Virus record (IMG/VR): IMGVR_UViG_3300020030_000032
Coordinates: 1-5,645 of that record
Length of the DNA stretch: 5,645 nt
Source: a virus
Direction: 5' to 3' (one strand)
Shown: positions 1-4,773 of the stretch, in pieces
Numbering within the stretch: position 1 is the first letter of the stretch
How the letters are laid out: each line of letters opens with the position of its first letter
Position numbers and translations under genes: made by a program
The notes under the pieces: generated by a model
Databases searched by the model: none
Seen by the model: the letters and a program-made list of their open reading frames with translations, nothing else
What the model was told of the DNA's origin: nothing

Positions 1-121
1 AAACAGATTCGCGGAAAATCCGCAGGTCGGAGTAAGCCGCAGCCGATTCCAGCGCAACAGCGACAACAAAACGACCTTCAACACCGGCGACCTGATTCCG
101 GTCTATCTGGACGAAGTACTG
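1..121. repeat. Terminal redundancy, copy 1 (identical to 5525-5645); overlap of a circular genome written linearly
   Basis: Compared base by base: nt 1-121 (aaacagattcgcggaaaatccgcagg...ctggacgaagtactg) equal nt 5525-5645 with no mismatch. The repeat lies inside the capsid reading frame, which is continuous across the junction. It is therefore a circularisation overlap, not an LTR or att site. Unit length 5524 nt. Confidence 0.95.
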
Positions 122-1606
122 CCGGGTGACACACACCAAATCGACATGGCCTGCGTCATGCGTATGGCAACGCCCATCTTTCCGGTGATGGACAACGCCT
201 TTTGCGATTTCTATTTCTTCTTCGTCCCGAACCGGCTGCTCTGGCAGCATTGGAAGGAGTTTATGGGCGAAAACAAGGAAACCGCATGGGCGCCCAAAAC
301 CGAGTACAGTGTGCCGCAGGTGACAGCACCGACGGGCGGATGGGCCGAAGGTACGCTTGCAGATTATCTGGGACTGCCTACCAAGGTTGAGGGCATCAGC
401 GTGAGTGCTCTACCAGGCCGCGCATACGGCCTCATCTACAACGAATGGTTCAGAAATCAAAACGTGACGCAACCGACGCTCGTAGAGGTGACTGACGCAA
501 CCATGGCCGGCAAAAACGACGGCAGCGCTACCAATGACAGCGCCATCACTTTGGCGAAGCCTCTCAAAGCTGCAAAGGTGTTCGACTACTACACCGGGGC
601 GCTCCCGGAACCTCAGAAAGGCGAGCCGATTGCAATTCCGATGCAAGGAAATGCAAAAATAATGCTGTACGAAGAAAGCGAGCTGAAAACACCGTACGAC
701 CAAGAAGGGGCTTACACAATAACCAACTGGACCAACCCGAAAACTTACACCGGCGGCAATGAAGAGCAATCAGGACCAACCGGCACAAACATAGCAGGAG
801 ACCCGAGCGCCTCAGGCAGATGGGCAGGAGCAGACCTCTCGACCGTATCGGCAGCAACCATCAACCAGCTGCGGCAGGCATTCCAGATCCAGAAGCTACT
901 CGAAAAAGATGCGCGTGGCGGCACACGTTACCGCGAAGTACTGCGCGAGCACTTTGGGGTTATCTCTCCTGACTCCCGAATGCAAATTCCGGAATATCTG
1001 GGCGGCTACAGGCTGCCTATCAACGTGTCGCAGGTTATCCAGACGTCGAGCACCGACAGCACAAGTCCGCAGGGCAACACGGCAGCACTGTCTGTAACCA
1101 CGATGAACAAGTCTATGTTTACCAAGTCATTCACGGAACACGGCTTCATCATGGGGCTGGCCGTTGTCCGTACTGACCAGACGTATCAACAGGGAATCGA
1201 ACGTATGTGGAGCCGTAAAGGCCGGTACGATTACTACTGGCCGGTACTGGCAAACATCGGAGAACAGGCAATCCTGAACAAAGAAATCTATGCACAGGGC
1301 AACGCAAAGGACGAAGAGGCCTTTGGCTACCAAGAGGCATGGGCTGACTACAGGTACAAGCCCAGTAAGGTTACTGGACTTTTCCGCAGCAACGCAACTC
1401 AGAGCCTCGACAGCTGGCACTATGCACAGGACTACGACGCATTGCCCACACTGAGTACGGCATGGATGGAGCAGAGCGATACCGAAATGAAGAGGACGTT
1501 GGCGGTGAATAACCAGCCGGACTTCATCGCAGACTTCTACTTCATGAACAAAACGACTCGATGCATGCCGGTGTACAGTATCCCGGGACTCATCGACCAT
1601 CACTAA
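2..1606 (+). CDS. VP1: Major capsid protein VP1 (phiX174 F-like), codons 7-540; the 5' end is cut by the window edge and the true start is GTG at 5508
   Basis: The frame of listed ORF 146-1606 is open back to nt 2. It encodes NRFAENPQVGVSRSRFQRNSDNKTTFNTGDLIPVYLDEVLPGDTHQIDM ahead of the first ATG. These blocks (RSRF, TTF, G-L-P, LPGD, then PIFPVMDNAFCDFYFFFVPNRLLW, ARGGTRYREVLREHFGV, YLGG) are the conserved microvirus/gokushovirus capsid blocks as I recall them. Stop TAA at 1604-1606. Full protein is 540 aa when joined to 5508-5524. Confidence 0.93.
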   Translation, partial: NRFAENPQVGVSRSRFQRNSDNKTTFNTGDLIPVYLDEVLPGDTHQIDMACVMRMATPIFPVMDNAFCDFYFFFVPNRLLWQHWKEFMGENKETAWAPKTEYSVPQVTAPTGGWAEGTLADYLGLPTKVEGISVSALPGRAYGLIYNEWFRNQNVTQPTLVEVTDATMAGKNDGSATNDSAITLAKPLKAAKVFDYYTGALPEPQKGEPIAIPMQGNAKIMLYEESELKTPYDQEGAYTITNWTNPKTYTGGNEEQSGPTGTNIAGDPSASGRWAGADLSTVSAATINQLRQAFQIQKLLEKDARGGTRYREVLREHFGVISPDSRMQIPEYLGGYRLPINVSQVIQTSSTDSTSPQGNTAALSVTTMNKSMFTKSFTEHGFIMGLAVVRTDQTYQQGIERMWSRKGRYDYYWPVLANIGEQAILNKEIYAQGNAKDEEAFGYQEAWADYRYKPSKVTGLFRSNATQSLDSWHYAQDYDALPTLSTAWMEQSDTEMKRTLAVNNQPDFIADFYFMNKTTRCMPVYSIPGLIDHH

Positions 1607-1617
1607 AGAAAGGAGGA

Positions 1618-1645
1618 AGCCGGGGCAAAACCCGGCTATTTTAAT
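1618..1645 (+). terminator. Hairpin plus T-rich tract between VP1 and VP2 (attenuator-type terminator and/or structure bridging the SD to the VP2 start)
   Basis: agccggg (1618-1624) pairs with cccggct (1631-1637): a 7-bp GC-rich stem with 6-nt loop gcaaaa, followed by attttaat. It sits 12 nt after the VP1 stop. AGGAGG lies at 1611-1616 just 5' of the stem, and ATG 1646 lies 8 nt 3' of it. Confidence 0.55.
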
Positions 1646-2440
1646 ATGTTTCAAATCATACCAGCACTCATGACCGGGGCGAAAGTACTGGGCGGAGTAA
1701 GCAGCCTCATAAACGCAGGAACAGGCATTTTTAACGCACTCAAAGGAACCTCGGGAAGTGGCAGCTCCTCAGCTGACAGTTACAACAAAGCGCACGGCGA
1801 AGGCGGCTCTACCATGACGGGAGAGAGCGGAGTTGACGTAGATACGACGAAAAATCTAGGTCAATACTTCCTCCAGCAGGGTCAGCAAGCAGCCGGAATG
1901 CAGGCACTGCAAAACAATAAGAATTCACTTGCGGCTCTGGGCTTAAACACCCTTGGAGCAATACAGCAGGGCATTTACAACCGTATCCAGCAGGACGCAG
2001 CAATGTCTTACAACTCCGCAGAGGCAGCAGCCAACCGGGCATGGCAAGAGAGGATGAGTAACACAGCATATCAAAGAGGCATGGCAGACATGAAAGCAGC
2101 AGGGCTTAACCCTATACTTGCCTATGCACAAGGCGGCGCAAGCACACCGACAGGCGCACACGGAACAATCGGGCAAAGCTCCATAAGCGCACCAAATGTT
2201 GGGACGCAATCAGCAGGTATGCCCACAACATCCGGCACAGTAGCCAATTACAGCAAAACCAAGGCCGAGAGCTGGAACTGGACAGACTCAAGCGGCGAGA
2301 TGCACAGCAGCGGCTATAACAGCTATCAGACCGACTTCCCGGACTTGAGCCAGTGGCTCAACCAAAACAACAACAGCGGCAAAAAAACGACAATGGGTGG
2401 CGGTAGAAGCCACGGAGGAGGAGCAGGAAGGGGTAGATAA
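1646..2440 (+). CDS. VP2: Minor capsid / DNA pilot protein VP2 (H-like)
   Basis: 264 aa. Features: a Gly-rich hydrophobic N-terminus ([29 protein letters not shown]), a Q/A/N-rich middle, the conserved block [29 protein letters not shown] typical of gokushovirus VP2, and a Gly/Arg tail. It sits directly after VP1, the standard position. Confidence 0.88.
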   Translation: MFQIIPALMTGAKVLGGVSSLINAGTGIFNALKGTSGSGSSSADSYNKAHGEGGSTMTGESGVDVDTTKNLGQYFLQQGQQAAGMQALQNNKNSLAALGLNTLGAIQQGIYNRIQQDAAMSYNSAEAAANRAWQERMSNTAYQRGMADMKAAGLNPILAYAQGGASTPTGAHGTIGQSSISAPNVGTQSAGMPTTSGTVANYSKTKAESWNWTDSSGEMHSSGYNSYQTDFPDLSQWLNQNNNSGKKTTMGGGRSHGGGAGRGR

Positions 2441-3463
2441 ATGAGTTGCGCAAGACCACTCATCAGAGTATACAATCCAAATGACCACAATATAACGGGG
2501 TCAATCATGACCTTAGAGACATACCGGGAGAGAACACACAATCCAACAGCAACATATGAGAGCATCGCATACCGTACAGACGTAATGCTGCTGCCATGCG
2601 GAAAATGTCTGGGGTGCAGACTCAGACAGCGGCAGGACTGGGAAACGCGAATGCTGATGGAGTCAAAAACGCTGTCACCGGTATGGTTTTTGACCCTAAC
2701 ATGGAATCAAGAGTATGTGCCGGGTATGATAAGAGCAACCGGCGAAATTATAAGAGGCGCAGTGCATCAGTGGACAACCGGAGACGCGCCGGAAGTAGTG
2801 CAAATCCTACTGCAAGAAGACATGGTGCGCTTTAACAAGAGACTGCGCAAAAAACAAGAAATGTCCAATAAATGGGGCTTAGACCTGAGATATTTTTATT
2901 GTGGCGAATACGGCGAAAACACGGGCAGACCACATCATCACGGCATTTATTATGGTTTGGAGATACCAGACCTCAAGAAAAAAAGGGGTGATAATCCGTA
3001 CTTTGAAAGCGAAGAGATAAACAAAATCTGGGGCATGGGCAATGTCATCATCGCAGAGGCATCACCGGAAACAATGGCTTATGTAGCAGGGTATGTAACC
3101 AAAAAGACATACAGTAACGACAACAAAAGATACAGAGAACTAGGGCTGACGCCGCCTTATTGCTGCATGTCGAGGAATCCGGGCCTGGGCTACGACTACT
3201 ACACGAGCCACAAAGAAAAGATGTACGCAGATGATGGACTATACTTTAACGGCAAAAAAAGACCAATACCGAGGTACTTTGATAAAAAGTACGAGAGTGA
3301 GCAACCGGAAAAGCTGTGGGAGACAAAACGTAAGAGACAGGAGAGTGCAATCAATGCACTAAAGCTCAAGATGAGCAATACAGAGCTGACCATCGAACAG
3401 GAAGCAAGAGTCGAGGAAGAGACAAAACAACAGAGGTTTAGAAAAGCCAGAGGGCTATTATAG
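2441..3463 (+). CDS. VP4: Replication initiation protein VP4 (HUH superfamily rolling-circle endonuclease, phiX174 A-like)
   Basis: 340 aa. Cys cluster LPCGKCLGCRLRQRQDW. RCR motif 1 FLTLTW (nt 2687-2704). HUH motif RPHHHGIYYG (His codons 2933-2941). Twin-tyrosine motif AYVAGYVTKK (Tyr codons 3080-3082 and 3092-3094), comparable to YVAKYVNK of the phiX174 A protein. ATG follows the VP2 stop directly (taaATG), with purine-rich ggaagggg 6 nt upstream. Confidence 0.93.
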   Translation: MSCARPLIRVYNPNDHNITGSIMTLETYRERTHNPTATYESIAYRTDVMLLPCGKCLGCRLRQRQDWETRMLMESKTLSPVWFLTLTWNQEYVPGMIRATGEIIRGAVHQWTTGDAPEVVQILLQEDMVRFNKRLRKKQEMSNKWGLDLRYFYCGEYGENTGRPHHHGIYYGLEIPDLKKKRGDNPYFESEEINKIWGMGNVIIAEASPETMAYVAGYVTKKTYSNDNKRYRELGLTPPYCCMSRNPGLGYDYYTSHKEKMYADDGLYFNGKKRPIPRYFDKKYESEQPEKLWETKRKRQESAINALKLKMSNTELTIEQEARVEEETKQQRFRKARGLL

Positions 3464-3467
3464 TGTC

Positions 3468-3515
3468 AGTGGGCCTAATCCTATCAAGAAGAGGATTAGG
3501 CCCACTATTTATTTT
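3468..3515 (+). terminator. Rho-independent-type terminator after rep (perfect 15-bp hairpin plus T-rich tail)
   Basis: agtgggcctaatcct (3468-3482) and aggattaggcccact (3492-3506) are exact reverse complements, with 9-nt loop atcaagaag, followed by atttatttt (3507-3515). It begins 5 nt after the VP4 stop. Confidence 0.75.
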
Positions 3516-3566
3516 CGCTTATTATATATAACTTGTTGTAGCCGTAGTAGTAGGGGCTGTGGAAAA

Positions 3567-3732
3567 GTTGAAAACCATAAATTTGAAACATAACATCGTA
3601 AAAAATAAGCATATTTCACGGTTGAAAAGTTTGTTGAAAACTTGTTGAAATGTTGAAACACTTTACCAGACTAAAATCTATTTCGTATAATGATGTTGAA
3701 AAGTATGTTGAAAATGTTGAAAGTGTTGAAAA
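3567..3732 (+). repeat. Iteron-like array: 9 direct copies of GTTGAAA(A), all in one orientation, in a non-coding region
   Basis: Copies start at 3567, 3621, 3633, 3644, 3652, 3695, 3707, 3716 and 3725, and seven are preceded by T (TGTTGAAA). There are two 38-nt clusters of four (3621-3658 and 3695-3732). Their first 20 nt differ at one base (GTTGAAAAGTtTGTTGAAAA vs GTTGAAAAGTaTGTTGAAAA). Cluster starts are 74 nt apart. A degenerate copy tttgaaac is at 3582-3589, and a partial copy aacttgttg at 3530-3538 matches aacttgttg at 3639-3647. Confidence 0.85.
3662..3691 (+). promoter_or_regulatory. Candidate sigma70-type promoter located between the two repeat clusters
   Basis: TATAAT at 3686-3691 is a perfect -10. 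TTTACC at 3662-3667 gives an 18-nt spacer, or TTACCA at 3663-3668 gives 17 nt. Each is a 4/6 match to TTGACA. Host promoter rules are unknown, so this is tentative. Confidence 0.35.
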
Positions 3733-3867
3733 CTCGCACAGCGAGTAAGGAAAATCAATTTAGCTGAGCTCCGCCGTAGCTCCGCACAGCAAGCGCTTAC
3801 GCGTTCCAGAATAGAGGAGCAGGGGACGGAAGCTGACGAAAAAGTTTCAAAAAACTTTAAAAAAATC

Positions 3868-3896
3868 TTGGCTTTTTTAGAAAAATATAGTATAAT
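3868..3896 (+). promoter_or_regulatory. Candidate sigma70-type promoter for the small-ORF cassette
   Basis: TTGGCT (3868-3873), a 17-nt spacer, then TATAAT (3891-3896). An A-tract, UP-element-like sequence lies immediately upstream (aaaaaactttaaaaaaatc), together with a 7-bp AT inverted repeat aaagttt/aaacttt (3841-3847 / 3852-3858). It is about 29 nt upstream of ATG 3925. Confidence 0.5.
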
Positions 3897-3924
3897 AAAA
3901 TCACAGAAAGGAAAGATAAAAACC

Positions 3925-4110
3925 ATGATACACATGTATGAAATCCGAAAGCTCGAAAGAAGCGGAAAAGCAACCATCATCCAACAGCTAACAGCAGAAC
4001 CGAAGTCAGCGAAGCAAACATTCAAAAAATACGCGGAAGAAAACCCGGGAATCTACTCTCTGTACCAAGTTCACCGCGTAAGAGTATGTTTCACAGAAGA
4101 GGAGAATTAA
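3925..4110 (+). CDS. Hypothetical small protein, 61 aa (orphan, no recognisable family)
   Basis: This is listed ORF 3868-4110 trimmed to its first ATG (MIHMYEIRKLERSGKATIIQQL...). The listed start 3868 is a TTG inside the predicted -35 box. There is a weak SD (aaagga at 3907-3912, 12 nt upstream). The protein is hydrophilic with no TM segment. Coding status rests on ORF length in an AT-rich, stop-prone context and on tight packing with the next ORF. Confidence 0.5.
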   Translation: MIHMYEIRKLERSGKATIIQQLTAEPKSAKQTFKKYAEENPGIYSLYQVHRVRVCFTEEEN

Positions 4111-4112
4111 AA

Positions 4113-4295
4113 ATGAGAAAGCCTAGACTGAACAAAAACGCCATAGCAAAACTTAAAACCTATGGATACGCAGAATGCGGCAAAAACTACTACGAACTGA
4201 AAGACTACATCGACACAGAAGAAAATCATAAAACGGCGCTTGAATGGACAAACACAAGAACAGGAGACGCAAAAGCATTCGATTGGGAAAAATAA
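4113..4295 (+). CDS. Hypothetical small protein, 60 aa (orphan)
   Basis: ATG 4113 is preceded by GAGGAG (4099-4104, 8-nt spacing) and starts 2 nt after the upstream stop (taaaaATG). Sequence: MRKPRLNKNAIAKLKTYGYAECGKNYYELKDYIDTEENHKTALEWTNTRTGDAKAFDWEK. The alternative listed start ATG 4086 lacks an SD. A terminator hairpin follows immediately. Confidence 0.55.
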   Translation: MRKPRLNKNAIAKLKTYGYAECGKNYYELKDYIDTEENHKTALEWTNTRTGDAKAFDWEK

Positions 4296-4298
4296 ACT

Positions 4299-4324
4299 AA
4301 GAGGGCTTGACAAGCCCTCTTTTT
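4299..4324 (+). terminator. Rho-independent-type terminator closing the two-gene cassette
   Basis: aagagggctt (4299-4308) pairs with aagccctctt (4312-4321): a 10-bp stem (9 bp if the closing pair opens) with loop gac. It runs into a T-run (tcttttt through 4324) and begins 4 nt after the stop at 4295. Confidence 0.7.
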
Positions 4325-4353
4325 AATACAATAAAAGCAGAAAGGGAAATAAA

Positions 4354-4560
4354 ATGTACGACAGAGCATATTATCAACTGTATAAAGGATACAGAGGGCC
4401 GGAAACACCGAACGAATGTGAATACTTCATCCGAAAACTTTACAGACAGCTTAAAAAAGCGTATACTGTAGAAGAGGCGAAAGCCATCATAGAAGAAATC
4501 TACAAATACAGGAGCCAAAAGGCGGAAATGGAGATGAAACAGTGGCAATCATCAGTGTGA
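4354..4560 (+). CDS. Hypothetical small protein, 68 aa, Tyr-rich with a helical-looking C-terminal half (orphan)
   Basis: ATG 4354 with aggga (4343-4347) 6 nt upstream. Sequence: MYDRAYYQLYKGYRGPETPNECEYFIRKLYRQLKKAYTVEEAKAIIEEIYKYRSQKAEMEMKQWQSSV (10 Tyr in 68 aa). No TM segment and no family recognised. Confidence 0.5.
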   Translation: MYDRAYYQLYKGYRGPETPNECEYFIRKLYRQLKKAYTVEEAKAIIEEIYKYRSQKAEMEMKQWQSSV

Positions 4561-4661
4561 AGGAAGTCAAGAACGCCATCAAAATCATGATGGAAATCCT
4601 GGAGAAACTGGACGCGATTTATCACGCGTTGCACGACAAGGAGAATGACGGCAATGACTAA
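4542..4661 (+). CDS. Possible very small ORF (39 aa from GTG 4542; 34 aa from GTG 4557; 24 aa from ATG 4587) filling the gap before the basic peptide gene
   Basis: Frame open from 4455 to TAA 4659-4661. GGAG (4530-4533) lies 8 nt before GTG 4542. Translation: (M)AIISVKEVKNAIKIMMEILEKLDAIYHALHDKENDGND. Its stop overlaps the next start (ATGACTAA), a coupling-type junction. Not in the supplied track, no homology recognised, and the start is uncertain. Confidence 0.25.
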   Translation: MAIISVKEVKNAIKIMMEILEKLDAIYHALHDKENDGND

Positions 4662-4773
4662 ACGTACCAAGATGACCAGCGGTAAAGACAAAAAGGTCTT
4701 TACCCAGACGGCAAAAAAGACCAAGGCCGTCAACGTAAGCCCGAAAAACATGAGAGGAGGTACCAGACTGTAA
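4654..4773 (+). CDS. Small basic DNA-binding/packaging peptide (gokushovirus ORF8-like, functional analogue of phiX174 J), 39 aa
   Basis: Hand-translated and below the track cutoff: MTKRTKMTSGKDKKVFTQTAKKTKAVNVSPKNMRGGTRL. It has 9 Lys, 3 Arg and 1 Asp. The C-terminal MRGGTRL resembles the RGG-x-R-[LF] end of chlamydiaphage-type ORF8 peptides as I recall them. AAGGAG at 4638-4643 is 10 nt upstream. Its stop overlaps the next ATG (TAATG). Confidence 0.75.
   Translation: MTKRTKMTSGKDKKVFTQTAKKTKAVNVSPKNMRGGTRL

Noticed and set aside
1-121. Terminal direct repeats as LTRs, att sites or a true duplication
   Set aside because: The repeat is exact and sits at the precise window ends. Joining the copies restores a single uninterrupted capsid ORF with a proper start and SD. 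This is the expected artefact or representation of a circular contig.
202-1097. Alternative-frame + strand ORFs inside VP1 (202-390, 909-1097), considered as E-like overprinted lysis genes
   Set aside because: Both are Arg/Ala-rich, as expected for the off-frame of a GC-rich gene. Neither has a clean hydrophobic TM helix (MRFLFLLRPEPAALAALEG is interrupted by R, E and P). Neither has an SD. A conservation test would still be needed for definitive exclusion.
2596-2835. 79-aa alternative-frame + strand ORF inside rep, with a very basic C-terminus (NRRNYKRRSASVDNRRRAGSS...)
   Set aside because: Overprinted genes within rep exist in some microviruses, so I looked at this one. There is no SD before ATG 2596. 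The composition is typical off-frame Arg/Ala/Gly, and a genuine basic-peptide gene already exists at 4654-4773. I did not call it. Synonymous-site conservation in rep alignments could revive it.
3507-3545. Possible XerC/XerD dif-like site, as used by some temperate microviruses for integration
   Set aside because: dif sites have ATAA-6 nt-TTAT arms facing inward (CATAA TGTATA TTATG). Here the arrangement is TTAT-tatat-ATAA, the opposite polarity. The conserved TTATGTTAAAT-type XerD arm is absent. The exact terminal overlap also indicates a free circle, not a prophage.
3567-3732. CRISPR array interpretation of the repeat region
   Set aside because: The repeat units are only 7-8 nt with 1-5 nt between them in the clusters, far from CRISPR repeat/spacer dimensions (roughly 24-48 nt each).
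3650-3767. Tiny ORFs reading through the repeat clusters (ATG 3650-3748, 32 aa with DVEKYVENVESVEN; ATG 3690-3767, 25 aa MMLKSMLKMLKVLK...)
   Set aside because: Their periodic sequences are a by-product of the DNA repeats and there is no SD. ATG 3690 overlaps the TATAAT box, so it would lie upstream of that promoter's own transcription start.
2381-3865. A7 homopolymer runs (2381-2387 in VP2; 2978-2984 and 3254-3260 in rep; 3859-3865 in the IGR) as programmed frameshift or slippage sites
   Set aside because: The coding runs encode Lys-rich stretches in frame (GKKTT, KKKRG, GKKRP). No meaningful extended ORF opens in the shifted frames that I could see, and no downstream stimulatory structure is evident.
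3678-4025. Minus-strand 115-aa ORF ending in ...FQHFQHFQHTFQHH
   Set aside because: The periodic FQH residues are simply the reverse-complement translation of the GTTGAAA repeats. The ORF runs antisense through a promoter and the start of a + strand gene, so it is spurious.
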